Source of the DNA: Monocercomonoides exilis PA203
Taxonomy: Eukaryota > Protista > Preaxostyla
Direction: 5' to 3'
DNA: 64,000 nucleotides
NCBI GenBank assembly: GCA_001643675.2
Contig: LSRY02000010.1
Coordinates: forward strand, 1,674,001-1,738,000
A program made the position numbers and the translations under genes. Positions 33,405-46,400 of the stretch are shown here, one piece after another (the stretch's first letter is position 1; every line of letters begins with the position of its first letter). A model generated the notes under the pieces. That model did not search any database, was not told the origin of the DNA, and saw only the letters and a program-made list of their open reading frames with translations.

Positions 33405-35166
33405 AATCAATACAAATAAATCCATAAGAGAAAACAATAGCATTAATAATAACATTAATAATAATAACAATAATTTAATAAAAAATAAAATTTTAATAAT
33501 ATAAAAAACAGTCGAAAAGCATCAGCATCACAAACATCTGAAGCTCCGCTGCGATTCAGCTGAAGCAGCCCATCAAGCGCTTTTTCTTTGAACTTCGATT
33601 TTTCTATTTCTTTCTCTCTTTTGCTCTTCCTCTCTCTTCTTCTTTCTTCGTTCCTCTTTTTTTCCTCTTCTTCTTCTTTGGCTTTCTGCTTTGCTTCTTC
33701 TGCTTCTTTCATTTTTTGCCTTTTCTCTTCCCGTTTCTTCTTCTTCTCTTCTTTCTTTTGCTTTGCCTTCTCTTTCCTCTTTTCATGCTTCTGCCGAGTG
33801 TGTTCAGAAGCATCTGACGAAAGAGAAGAAGAAGATGATGAAGAGGAAGAAGAAGAAGACGAAAAGAAAGAAAAAATTGAAAAGAAAGAAAAAGAAGAAG
33901 AAGACGACGACGAAGAAGAAGAAGATGATGATGACGATGATGATGACAAAGAAGACGACAACGAATCCGTTTCATCTTTTTCCTGTTGCTGTGCTTTCGC
34001 TTTGTTGTTAAGCTCCTCCTCTTTCTTCTTCGCCAGCCTGTCGTTCCCATACTCTTCATCGTCTGAGCTTTCATTATACTCCCTCGCCTTTATCGGCTCT
34101 TTGTACCTTTCAGAACTCTCACCACCGTCAGCATTGTGCTCGCTTTCTTGATATGCACTTCCTCTTTCACTTTCTTGTTCTCTTCCTCTTTCGCTTTCTC
34201 GTTCTCGTTCCATCTCTTCTTCATCATTCACATAGCTACCCCTTTCGTCTCCATGGGGATAACCTCTGTCCTCATATCTTCCTTCCTCTTCGCCCCAGTC
34301 GTCGTTTCTCTCCTCTTTCATCCTCCGAGAACTGGACCTGCGTGGCGCTTGGTAATTCGCTTTTTCTCCTGCTTCTTTTCGTGCTCCCATCGTTGGAGAT
34401 GCTGTTCTTCTTCCAGACATATGGAAAGGATTCATCGACCTGTATAAGCCCTTTTGATGTCCAGCCGATCGGCTTTGACTGCTTTGTTGCGAGCCATTGC
34501 TTCTTTGCGTTTGATTATGTTGATCTGGAGTGCGGCTATGAAGCCTGCTCAACACTAAACTTGGATCTTCAGTTGCTCTTTCGTCTTCACATCTTTTCAT
34601 CAAACTTGGATATACTGTATAATCAAATGGATTCTTTTTTCTCTCAGTAACGGAATATGAGTCAATTATTCTTCGTTGCATGTGTTGCACTCGTCGTTGA
34701 TGTTCTGTCATTTCATATTGCTCTTTTCTGTTTTTCTGTGTAAATCTGCTGATTTGTTCCTTCCTGCAAAAAAATATTCTTAAAAAATGATTGTAATTAT
34801 AATAGCAAACATATGAAAAGTCTTTGGCTGCGATATATCAACTGAAGGCTTTACTAAATTTGAACGGCGAGCAGCTTCTTTCACTTCTGTCCATTCATCT
34901 ATAACCGGCTTTTTCTTTGGGGGTACCTTAACTGTATAGATATTAGGATCATGTGTTAGTGAAATATTTTTTCGATAATGATGGGAAAAAATTGTTCAAA
35001 TGTTTAGCTTTTTGAATAAGCATTCTTTCAAACCAGGAACAAGATGAGAATCAACTTTTGATTTTGAGGTCTGTATTTTATCCATATGTTGAAGCATGTT
35101 GGCGGCAATAATTTTCCTACCAATTGGAGACCTTCCATCTGGTACAAAATAAGATTTGTGTGACAT
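31848..35166 (-). CDS. Four-exon protein with N-terminal CFAP97/SPATA7-like microtubule-binding motifs and long charged/low-complexity C-terminus
   Basis: Splices in phase: MSHKSYF..HMDKIQTSKSKVDSHLVP|VKVPP..VKPSVDISQPKTFHM|KEQ..KEQYEMTEHQRRVQHMQRRI..GASD|PALLDYL (last intron 33535..33213). The gene model is solid; the family call is tentative. Confidence 0.6.
33345..33402 (+). repeat. Poly(A) run of about 58 nt (poly-U in the intron of the minus-strand gene)
   Basis: Directly visible; lies inside intron 33535..33213. Confidence 0.9.
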
Positions 35167-35278
35167 TTTGTTTGGATATTAAAAATATGGTTTGGTTAAA
35201 AAACTGTTTCAAAATAAGATTTTTTTATAATATTGTCAAAAGCTTTATAAAATAATTTTATATAAAACATCAAATTGT

Positions 35279-36181
35279 TCAACTCTTTTTTTTCGTGGTT
35301 TTCTTTGGATCAGTTCCTTCAATTACCCAATCAATAATTTTATCAACATTTTCTCCGCTAGTCGCAACAATTTCACAAAAGTAGATACGAGATCTTGCTT
35401 CTTCTTCAAGCGTATCTAATCTCAAAACAATTTGCACTTCCTCAAGTAATACCCCGCATGCTATGTCTCTAATGTTATGTATAATAAAGTTCAAAATAAA
35501 TAACTTTAAAATAAATGCAAACATTTTGTTCAGTACAATTAAAAATGGAATTCCTTTGGAATCCGGATGCCCTAACACTTCTCTAAGCTCAACAGAAGCA
35601 GCAGCTACGGTTGTATGATCAGATGCATCAATTAAATACTAAGTTTGTGTTCAAAACAATACGTGTCAATGATGAAGGTAAATAATATCAGTTAATACAA
35701 TAATTTTTTTCGATCTTTTTATAAAGTTGCACCACATAGTCCTCAGTGCTCCCCCAATTTCACGAAAATGATATATTTGTTTTTCAATTGGTATTTTTTT
35801 TATTTCTATGCCATGCTAGGCAAATAAGTTCAAAACAAAAATGTACTCATAAATATCGCAATAAATAACATGAATAATAATACTGTTGGATTCCTTGGAA
35901 AAGTAAATCTGAAAGGAACATCAGATACAATTGGCTCAGTTTTTTTTTCAGTTTTTGTCAATTCTGCAATAAATATTTTAAATAAAAGAGGTATAGAAAT
36001 ATAAGGAGAAAGAACTAAATAAATACGTTCAATTGTATCGATAAGAGTTGATTTTCCGCAAGAATTAATGCCTTTATGGAAAAAAAATATTTTGGAAAAA
36101 AAAAAAGAATTAGTTCAAGTTTATTTGTTTCCAATGTATTGTATTAAAAAAACCTATAACGAGAATTTCATTCACATCCAT
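35279..36181 (-). CDS. ARL16: ARF-like small GTPase ARL16, multi-exon
   Basis: Spliced: ILVIGINSCGKST (P-loop), RNPT|HG (G2), FREIGGALRTMW (ARL16-type G3 RExGG..M..W), YLIDASD..AAASVEL, LIVLNK.D (G4), EIVATSGENV (G5). Confidence 0.85.
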
Positions 36182-36284
36182 TTTATGGCAATCAATACTT
36201 AAAAATATTTATCTTTTTTTGTGCAGAAATATTCTATGGTTCAGCAGCATCCATAATAATAAAAAGTTTCATTGTTGTTTATTT
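36182..36284. promoter_or_regulatory. 103-bp divergent intergenic region, putative bidirectional promoter
   Basis: The ATGs of ARL16 (36181, minus) and the RRM gene (36285, plus) are head to head. No specific motif identified. Confidence 0.5.
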
Positions 36285-37692
36285 ATGTCTTATCCCATAT
36301 ACATCTGGAATTTAACAGATGAAACAACTCCTGAACAAGTTATTCAGTTTTTTGGGTATTGTGGACCAATAACATCAGCACATCTTCTTATTCTTGAAAA
36401 AAACGAGACAAAAACAAGAATAATACAATTGGACTTCAAAAGCGAATCTTCTCTTCAACTTGCGCAGTTACTTCAAGGAGTGGATTTAAATCATTCGACT
36501 ATTTCTGTTTCAGATGAACTGGTTTGAACTATTGTTTTTTACGCTCGTGTTTGAATTTTTTGATCATTTTTGTCAGCCAAAAGAAGAATTTGGTGATGTC
36601 CTTTCGGAAAAGGAAATTTCCATACAAAAAGCTGATGACAATTTTGGAGAATCTTCGTCATCTTCTGGCACAGAAATGAAAACGGATAAAGATGAATCTA
36701 AAGCAATGGATCCCGAATTAAATAAAAATGCAAAAAAGATTGAACAAGAAGCACCAAAAATGGAACTCCCAGCAAACAGTCAAAGTGCTGATTCTTCTGA
36801 AAGAGATATTAATCGAATACTTGAACCTGAGAAACCTTCTGGTTTCTTTTCAGCTTTGTGGAAATCGACGATTGACTTTACCAAAAAAACGACGAATGCA
36901 GTTAAAAATTTGGATGGTTTGCACTTCATTTTAAATTATATTTGATGCATGTGTCTTTGGCATTTTCCCCTTCAAGAGCAATATCACATCAGTGATCAGA
37001 CGAATCAATTTTTCTCTCAGGTGAAGAAATCGATTGAAGACGTAAAAATATCAGAGAAAACGCAAGAAATAAAAACAAAATTGAATCAGTCAGCAACCGA
37101 AATGAAGAAAAAATCAGAAGAAATCACCAAAAAAGCGATGGAAAATCCGACAGTTGCTGCATCCGTGGAGACAACAAAGAAGGGTTTGACAGCGCTATGG
37201 GCGGGGGTTACTGAGGCAGCTAAGAAAACAGGAAAGTTTTTGATTGAGTACTCTGATTTAAGTGATGAAGAAGAAGAAGATTGGGGCCTACCAAAAGAAA
37301 AAGAAGGAAAAGGGAAAAAGTCAAACGACGAAGGAAAAGAAGCAAAATCATCAATTACAAATTCTGAAAGAAATGATGAAACTAAAAATTCTTCGATTAT
37401 TGAAAAAGAGAAAAAGGAAACAGATGAATGGGGGAATCCCTCGGAAAGTGGAGATGATGTAAAGACTGATGTTCACAAACAAGATGTTATTTCAGACAAT
37501 GCACAAAAAGAAAAATTCGAAGTTTCAAGTGAAAATGAGGAAAACAAAAAGAAAAATGAAAAAAATGAAAGTTCAACAAGTAATTCAATTGTTTGTAATG
37601 TAGACGTTGATGATGTTGAACCAGAATGCGAAATACCTGAAGAAAATGAACATAAATTTGAATCAGAAAGCAAATCTGGAAATTCGATATGA
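36285..37692 (+). CDS. RRM-domain protein of the Vip1/BPA1 type, 3 exons
   Basis: IYIWNLTDETTPEQVIQFFGYCGPI..LDFKSESSLQLAQLLQGVDLNHSTISV (RRM) followed by AVKNLD|EQYHISDQT, a motif typical of Vip1/BPA1. Two in-phase GT-AG introns. Confidence 0.72.
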
Positions 37693-37898
37693 TCTGTTGG
37701 GGAAATTTCTAGTAATTGATTTTTAACATTTATTTCATTTTTTTAATTTTTTATTGATTTTTTTAAGCCCATAATTAAGTAATACAAATAGTAACTTTTT
37801 GTCAAAAATTTTTTCATGATACTAATGAGCACAAAAAGTCCTGCGCTAGTTAATATTTAACCTTTTTATTTTCCTGATGTGCATTTGTCGATATTTAA

Positions 37899-39629
37899 AT
37901 GGAAACAGAAACTCAAATCGGCTCTTGCTCTGCGTTTGGAAAAACAACGCTCAATATTAATGAGCCATTGGGAGGATTAACTCGTCTGCAGCAAAGAGCT
38001 CTTCACAAAGAGGCTGCATCTCGTTTTTACATTAAATTGGATGATGTTCCAGAGATTCATAAAAGAATGATTAATTCATTCAAAAGTGGAATCACTTTAT
38101 CTTATGAGTGGAGAATGGCTCAACTTGATGCATTGCAGCGTATGATAAAAGACCACGATGCTGAATTTGTTTCAGCATTGAAAGCAGATCTTGGAAAAAG
38201 CGTTGTATACACATACAATTTTGAGCTCAATTCAATCATTTGTGAAGTTCAAGAAGCTAAAAATAGCCTTGAAAAATGGATGGCGACAAAGCAAGTTACA
38301 ATTCCTGTAGATCAAGATGGACATTATGCAAAAGGATTTCTTCAGCCTGAACCATTGGGTGTCACATTAATTATTTCTCCATGGAATTATCCTTTGATGT
38401 TAACTCTTGAGCCTCTTGTTGGAGCTATTGCAGCTGGATGTTGTGCATGTATGAAGCCTAGTAGTGAAGTTCACAATACGACTCATCTGTTGGCAACATT
38501 GGTTGAAGAATATTTAGATACAAGATGCTTTAAAGTTATTGAAGGAGGGAGAGATATAAGTAATGCGCTTCTTGAGCTTCAATGGGATCTTTTATTTTTC
38601 ACCGGTAGCGGAAATGTTGGTAGGCAGATGTTTATTCATGCAGCAGAGCATTTGAGGCCAGCAATCCTGGAGCTCGGAGGAAAATCTCCAGCAATTGTTG
38701 ATCGAAAAGCTGATCTTGACCTTGCAGTCAAACGAATTGTGGTTGGGAAGTTCATGAATGCTGGGCAAACATGTCTTGCTCCTGACTATGTCTTTGTTCC
38801 AGACAATATGATGGAGGAATTTGTTGAACGAGTCAAGAAGACAATTGCTGAATTCTATGGAGACGATCTTCAGAAAAGCGAAGATACTGGAAGAATTATT
38901 GGAGAAAGGCAATGGTCCAGGCTTGCAAAATATTTGCATGAAGATGAAGATACAAATGAAAAAGAAGATGATGTATCTTGCCATTCATCGCAAGAACATT
39001 TGCCTTCCCCAGTTGTGTCTTCTTCTTCTTCTTCTTCTTCTTCAGCACATTCATCCGCTTCTTCCACTTGTGCTTGTCCTGCTCTTCGTCTGAACTTGCC
39101 TTCATCGCTACTTCCTTCTCCGTTTGGTGGTCATCGCATTCTTTTGGGAGGAAAGGTTGACAAAGACGATCTGTACATCTCACCCACAGTAATTTCTGTA
39201 TCCACAACTTCTTCATCACGCTTCATGAAGGAAGAGATTTTCGGACCAATTCTGCCAATCGTTCCTCTTCCTGCTGATACATTTCTCGAAGATGCTGTAG
39301 CGTTCATAAAGACGAGGGATCACCCACTTGCAATATATGTATTTACTGAAGATGAGGATGTGAAAAATTTTGTTGCTCAATCGACTTCTTCTGGAAGCAT
39401 AACGTTTAACGATTGTGTTGTTCAAGCATCAGCAAAGGTACTTCCTTTTGGAGGCGTAGGCGCTAGCGGTATTGGTGTTTATCATCATAAGTACTCATTT
39501 GATTGCTTCTCACATACAAAAACGGTCCTCGATAGATCAACTGTGCCTGATCCACCTGAGAGATTCCCTCCATATGATCATTTGACACTTCCTCGTTTGA
39601 GAGAGCTTGCAAATAGGGCACATGCGTAA
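37899..39629 (+). CDS. ALDH3: Aldehyde dehydrogenase, family 3 (fatty/aromatic aldehyde), intronless, with Ser-rich insertion
   Basis: EPLGVTLIISPWNYP, KPSSE, FFTGSGNVG, LELGGKSP (catalytic Glu), NAGQTCLAPDY (catalytic Cys), EEIFGPILP, LPFGGVGASG, RFPPY. Confidence 0.93.
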   Translation: METETQIGSCSAFGKTTLNINEPLGGLTRLQQRALHKEAASRFYIKLDDVPEIHKRMINSFKSGITLSYEWRMAQLDALQRMIKDHDAEFVSALKADLGKSVVYTYNFELNSIICEVQEAKNSLEKWMATKQVTIPVDQDGHYAKGFLQPEPLGVTLIISPWNYPLMLTLEPLVGAIAAGCCACMKPSSEVHNTTHLLATLVEEYLDTRCFKVIEGGRDISNALLELQWDLLFFTGSGNVGRQMFIHAAEHLRPAILELGGKSPAIVDRKADLDLAVKRIVVGKFMNAGQTCLAPDYVFVPDNMMEEFVERVKKTIAEFYGDDLQKSEDTGRIIGERQWSRLAKYLHEDEDTNEKEDDVSCHSSQEHLPSPVVSSSSSSSSSAHSSASSTCACPALRLNLPSSLLPSPFGGHRILLGGKVDKDDLYISPTVISVSTTSSSRFMKEEIFGPILPIVPLPADTFLEDAVAFIKTRDHPLAIYVFTEDEDVKNFVAQSTSSGSITFNDCVVQASAKVLPFGGVGASGIGVYHHKYSFDCFSHTKTVLDRSTVPDPPERFPPYDHLTLPRLRELANRAHA

Positions 39630-40348
39630 AATTCCATAAATGTTGCATGAACTTTCAAAATGAAGAATGCTTTCTAAACGTTGTTAATCAATTTTGTTTC
39701 ATTTGAATTTTCTCTTTGGATAATTTATTTTTTTCTTTTTGAGAAAACTTGCGATGAACTATTTATAAATTTTAATATTCTTCGAGTATAATAATAAGAA
39801 CTGCTGTTATATGAGTCGAGGATTGTTTTTCATTCTGATGAAAGAATCAGAGTTTTAACTGAATAGTTGAAGATTGAAACGAGAGCTCAGATTTGAAATG
39901 TATTAGCAACAGTAACAAAAAGTGCATTATTCGTGTCAGTAATTAATTTTTTTTTTTTTTTTTTTTTTTGGCTTTTCTAATTCGGCTTAGTATTACCAGA
40001 AAAAGAAAAATATTTTTTTCAACAACATGAATAATGAAAATAGTAAATATTATTTTTGAAAAGTGGAAAGTGGAGTAGATCCTGGCACAAATTTGATCAT
40101 TTCACATAAAGAAAAATTGAAAAGTAATGGTTTTGTTTGTTTTTGTTCTTTTTTCACAAATGTGTATTCGAAATGTTCTAAAAGAAATAAAAGGAAGATT
40201 ATTCAATTGATTCCGTCCATTCGGTTGAATTTTCACCATCACTAACACTTGGAGAATCAGATTGCATTGTTTTTGTTCATTCATCTGTGTCTGAATCCAT
40301 TGATACTGTCTAATCTTCAGATTCTTCCGGGTTTGTGTGTTTTTCGAA

Positions 40349-41220
40349 TTATTCAATGTATTCTGATTCTCTATATTTAACAAAGTTTCTCATAAGTTGA
40401 TCGAAAGATATTTCATAATGTCTCAAATATATTGAAGACCAAATATATTCCTCTGAATCTTTGTGTCGCGCTCCGGTTTTAGGCATTGAACGGTAAAGGT
40501 GTGACCACGCTCCTTCTATCAAATTTGTTGTTTCACCATCTTCGTTTTTGTATTTTTCAGAATGATAAACAACCAAATAAATGAATCCAAATTGGTTCAG
40601 TGTTTTGTATGCGCTCCAGTCATCAGAAACAATTGTTGTTCCATTTTTTTAATAGAGCGAATGAGTGGAATGAGAATATTATTTGTTTTATTTTTAACAA
40701 AATGAGCAACCGTTCTGTGTTTTCCATCGGTCTTTTTTCTTTCGATTGTGCAAAACAGCCAAATCGACTTTTTTTGTTTCCCTATTATTTAGAAAAAAAA
40801 ATTAACAATTAATTTTTGTAAATCATCATGAAACCTCGATTATATTTACTTCTGCGCCAAAATGATTCGTCAATTTCAACAGCCTATCCAATTCCTCCAG
40901 ATTGTTGCTGATTTTGGAGAAAGATAGTGGACAATGTTCTTCAAATTGCTGAATAATTAAATGCAACAGTGTTCCTATCGATTCCATACATCAAAGACGT
41001 TTGATGAACCTCCAAATGGTACCAATAACTTAGTAGAATCAACATGATATGATTTATTTTCACTTGGAATCTTTTAAAACTGAGTTTTTTCGGATTGATC
41101 GTCGTTTCTTTCAAAATGAACAGTAATATCGACTGGGTCTTTCATCAACGTTCTATTCATCAACCTTGGAGCCATTATCTAAGTCATTTTTAAAAGAGTA
41201 CATATTCACTCATGAAAACA
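40349..41220 (-). mobile_element. Decayed Merlin (IS1595/ISXO2-like) transposase, second family, with intron 40834..40782; TIRs not recognised
   Basis: Fragments RYYC..KRRSIRKNS, GGIG*AVEIDESFWRRSKYNRG|KQKKSIWLFCTIER, GTTIVSDDWSAY, VYHSEKY..GETTNLIEGAWS carry all three DDE motifs, with stops and frameshifts. Confidence 0.88.
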
Positions 41221-43432
41221 ACCATTCCAATGTTGCTTTTTCGCTAGTGAACAATTTCAGAAATTGTGGAATGCTTAGTTTTGTTAAAATCGTAACTTGA
41301 TGATGTTGAGCCATCTGAGTTGCTTAATTGGAAAATATTTTGAAAAAAAATTTTTTTTTGAAAATTTGGGACATGATTATTTGGAACCAGGATCTTCTCC
41401 ACTTGCCCAAAGAAGTGTGCTTTCCTCTCTAAAGATTTCACATATTTGAATATTGTGAATAGAAGCGTATTCAAAAACGAAAACCAATGAATCTTTATTC
41501 AACCTTCCTTCTGCCATCACTCAATTTGTCGCTGTAACATCATCAATTTTGAACATTGAGCTGGTGAATACAAAGCTCATTCGATGTTCAGTTTCCCATG
41601 ATATATTTGAATACTGTTGAAAAGGTTTCTTCAAACAACAAATGATAGTTTGATAGCCTTTTTGGTACGGTTATTTTTTCTTATGAACTCAATATTCAAA
41701 GAAGCTTTATCAATGAAAATTATTGTCGATCCATCCTTTGCAAATCAAAATTCCTGACAAATATAGTCGATTCTTGGTTTTTTGCCTTCGTCTGGATAGG
41801 ACACAGAAGTCCTAATTGTTTTTCTTTTAAAAGAAAACCATAAAAATTTGAATTGATAAAAATTGTTATCTGATTATATTTCGTGAATTGATGATTTTTC
41901 TTATTTGCAATTCAGTATCAAATAATTCTTTTGCAATTTGTCTGACTGATGAAAGAAAGTTTGCTTTTATTCTCTCTCAAATAAATTAATTATAGATTTC
42001 ATCGGAAACTTTTTTCATCTTCCTTTTCAGCTGAATGGCATGGGGGCATCGATTCCAATATAGTGATGTTCTATTGTATTTAGAGACTGTGATTGGAGTT
42101 AATGTGCAAGGAGTTGAATCTCAGCTTTCCGTTTTCCGCTACCCAAAAAAAAAGAAAGAGCGAAGCTTGTTTTTTTTTTTTTTTTTTTTTGCTTTTTGGG
42201 AAAGATGTTGTGATGAAGGGATTTTTCTTTCCTATTCTTTTTCTTTCTGCTTTACTAATTGATTTGACTTCAATCTTTTTGATTTACGAAGTTGATATAT
42301 TCCTGGATGAATGACTTGAAGAAGAATAGGCTTTTCTCGATTCTTGTTGAGGCTGGAATTGTATTGAGCATCTTTTATTCTTTTTCCCTTTGTTAAGGCA
42401 TCAAAAATCTGTTCGTGCAGTCAAAACCGGATTTTATCACATTGAATACAATCAACTTCTGTCTTATTTAAATATTCCTGTGCACACGTGTTTGTGTCTG
42501 TTTTTTATTCATTTCACGTCTTATACAATCATAAGGCAAAACATGTGAAATCACATTTTCAAAAAACGATGAGTTGTTTTTTCATTAAAAAATCGATTTT
42601 TTGATTTTTCAAATCGATATTTGAAAAAGTCTATATGATGACTTATGATGATATTAATTGTTTTTTCTTTCGGGAGACGAGTCTTCGTGAAGAATTACCG
42701 ACAATAAAGATAAAACAATATTTGACTTTTCATAAATATTTTTTCTATTTTCTTTTGTGAAAAGTTGCTTCGTGTGTTATCATTATCTTCCATTCTCACA
42801 AAAATGTGCAAAACTTAATGTGATAACATCCGATTTTGACTGCAATCATTATTTATCGAAATGTGAGTTTCGAAAATAGCAATTTTTTGTTTCAATTAAA
42901 AATACAAATAAAAAATTGACCCTATTCTGTTATACTGTAGGAAATAAAAAATAGGAAAACCAAAACTTGAAGTATTTCGATAAAATTGACGCAATTATTT
43001 ATTAATTCTCAAAGGAGAAGAGAGAAAAAAACTCTATCAAGGAAAGAGAATGAAAAAAAAAAACTTTTCACAAAAATTTGCCTTCCCTTCTTGTCTCCCA
43101 TCATTTGTTCTCAAACAAGTTGATGATGATTGAAAGCAAGCTTCAACGAAGCGTTGCATTTCATTCGTTTTTTGTTCAGAAAAGTTCACTCTGATAAATA
43201 CCATTAGTCATGTTCAGTCCTTCGATATTCACAATATTACACAATGAATAATTCACGTTTGCAAACACAATAAATTTCACAGCCCACATTTCTTCTTTCA
43301 AAACATATGCACGAGACAACATGACCGTTCAAAGTTATTGAGCAAATCACTTGAAGCCTTTTTTCCAAATAATCCATGATGATCTGGCAAGAATTTATCT
43401 TTGGGCTTCAGCCTTTTTCAAAATAAAATTCT

Positions 43433-46400
43433 TCAACAAAAGCTCATTTTTGTTGAGGATTCATTGGCTTCCTGAGTTCTTGGCTCATTCATATCAACAG
43501 CATCGGACATTGTGAGCATTGCAGCTTCTGGTGGAAATATTTTGATCAGCTCTCTTTTGACCTCCACAAGGCTTGGCCGATCCGATGGATTGTGCGAAAC
43601 ACATCGATGAATCACCCCAAACAGCTTTGAGGAGTTAATCACTTCAAGATTTTGTCTCTCACCGTTCACAATCTTCTGCCCAGCAATCTCTGCTTCATAT
43701 TCTCCAAATGGTATCTGCAGTGTCAGGCACTCCCACAGCATCATCCCGATCGAAAAGGCAACAGACTCCTTCGTTGCTCCCATCTTCTTGTTCATCAGCA
43801 ATTCAGGCGCCTTCCACCTCAGACATTCTTTTTTGAACATATCTTCATCCTCAAAGGCAGAAGAAGGGAGAGAGTCACTATCATCATCATCACTGGCAGA
43901 CGTTGCAACAGTTGATGAAGAGATGGAAGATGAATCTGAACTATCATCAGATGAAAGGTAGTCAGAATGCATCACAATGCAGATCACCATATGCTCAGAG
44001 AACAAAACAATGTGCGGACTCAGATTGGCAAGTGAATGAAGAGGAACTTCCATTTCATCAAATGAGTGCAATGCTCCATTAGCAACCCAGAACAGGATCT
44101 GGGCAGCTGTCTGCTCCCTCTCCTGAAGAGTGCCTATCGCCATCTCCTTTGTCTTATTTCTTCCATGGAGCAGCATGAACAGCGAATCCCTCAAGTCCAC
44201 AATCAGCTTTTCATGAGGAGATGAACAGGCCATCGTATCCACCAGATTCGACATCGATGAGGTTGTGGGACACAAACTCTCAGATCGAACAAATGTTGAA
44301 TCTGAATCAGTTGTTGAAGTGGATGAAATAGAAGGAGATGGCGATCTCTTTCTTGTTTCCTCTTCTTCTTCTTTCTCATCAGCCTTCTCCAATACCCAAT
44401 CAGGGATCTTATCTGAATCTTTTCCCAAAATGTATTCAGTTGATCCGCTTTCAGATAGCAAATACTCTTCTGACTCGGAATGCACCATCTCCTTCCCATT
44501 TATTCTCTTCTTGATCCTCTCCTCATTTTTCTTCTCAGCCTCTCTCTCTGCTCTCCTCCACTGCTCCTCAGGAGACACCTCCATCGTCACCATCTCAATC
44601 AGTTTCGGATCCTTCTTCACTGTATCATTCACAATCTCTTCCAATTCTTTTGTTCTTCTCTTTTGCTTTCTCCATCGAACAACAAACAACATAAATCCAA
44701 TCAGAACAATAAACAATATCACAACAAGCACTATAACAACCAACAGCCATATCGATTTCCCTTCTTTTCCTCCTTCAACAATCCTTTCATTTCCTTGTGG
44801 TTCAGATTCGCTTGCATTCTTCAGAATGATTGAATTTGCTGATGAAGGAGATTCTGCATTTCCAAACAAAATACACACGCTCACCTCAACATCGTCTCCA
44901 CAATTGCTGACGAGATCCTTTGCCACACTTCCTTCAACTTCTCTTTCTGATAAAAATCCATTTGAATCAAAATCATGTTTTTCAATCTGCTTTTCTTCTC
45001 CTTTCTGCTTCACAACCATGAATGACAAGTTGCATGGAACAAGAAGCAATCCTTTGAATGCTAGCTTCATTCTATCTGTCTCTTCTTTTGCTTCCACACT
45101 CTCCAGAACAGGAATAAAGAATGATGAATCTCTCTCAGAAACAATCCCTTCAAAACTGCACCCTTCATTCAACATCCAAAGAGACGTGTTTCTTTCCCAT
45201 CCATCTCCTCCTTTCAAACTCATCACGTTCAATACTCCTGAATCTGAACAGATGATGTTTCTTCTCAATGATGGATATCCTTCAATTGATGGATTATTGT
45301 TTGAGAAATTCCCAGCTTCAATTATCACATTTCCTCCATTCATTGTTATTCCACCATCAGGTGAATTCGAGATTGTTGTATCTTTCATCATCACAGAACT
45401 CCTCACAACATCCACAAGAGATGCATCCCATGTACACATCTCTCCTTCTGTATTTGAATTCTTTTCATTTCTTTCCTTTGAACATCCATCAAACATGCAG
45501 CTGTCCATTTTTACATCTGTGCAATCCTCCAATTTCATCATTTTACCTTTTGCGATCTGTGAACTGAATCCACTCATTGTGCAATTTGTCAATTGCATAG
45601 TCTTTTTCATTGAAGAACAAGATATCAATGATTCATCATTTTCTTCAACTGTGATATTTTCTGTTTTGAAATTTATAAGTGTCAGTTGCCCACATTCATT
45701 TATATCTAACAGAGAAGTTTTAATTGTTGAATTGCAAATCGTTAATGAATCGATCACGGATGGAAAAGAAGATGAAAGATATAATGCCGATTTATGAAAC
45801 ACCAGATTTGATATTGCGCATCCATCAAGTTGTAATCCTCCTTTTTTCATATTAATGATGTGGAATGGAATGCTTGCAAGTTCTGCATTTCCTTCTTCAT
45901 TAGATTGTTTTGAACTGAATGAGCAATTCTTTATCTCAAGAATTCCTCCTTCTGGTGAGATCAGTGATTCATGTTGAGAATAGAAATTCGAATCAAACAC
46001 AAAGCTGACTCTCAGCAATGAAACTTCTCCTGTTGTTGATATTACAGAATCCTTTGTTTTTTCAATTCTTGATTTCACTTCAACTTCACACAAGCCTCTG
46101 CTCTTCGAGCCCAAACTCATTTCCTTCAGATTTATCTCACAGCCAATCGCACTCTCTTCAACAACAATCATTTGGCTCATGAAATCTGAAGTCAGATGCA
46201 TTAGGCCATAATCAATTGAATAACATGGAAGTGTGTTTGTTCCACATTGCTTCTCATCTGATCCATTCACACTGCTCACAATGATTGTGTCGCTCTGATG
46301 AATCGTCACAAAATCAATCAGATCTGTATCATTTGGATAATCACACTCATCTCTTCCATATATCGCATTTATTCGTGAATAATGATTCTCTCGAAGATCA

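Noticed and set aside
31746-34650. Plus-strand ORFs of 100-266 aa
   Set aside because: Shadows of the low-complexity minus-strand gene.
39984-41812. Possible TIR pair for the second Merlin (ggcttagtattaccaga versus tctggatagg..agtcc)
   Set aside because: Match too weak and no convincing 8-bp TSD.
44265-45797. 510-aa plus-strand ORF (and other plus-strand ORFs at 46.6-50.7 kb)
   Set aside because: Antisense shadows of the receptor-like gene; no independent motifs.
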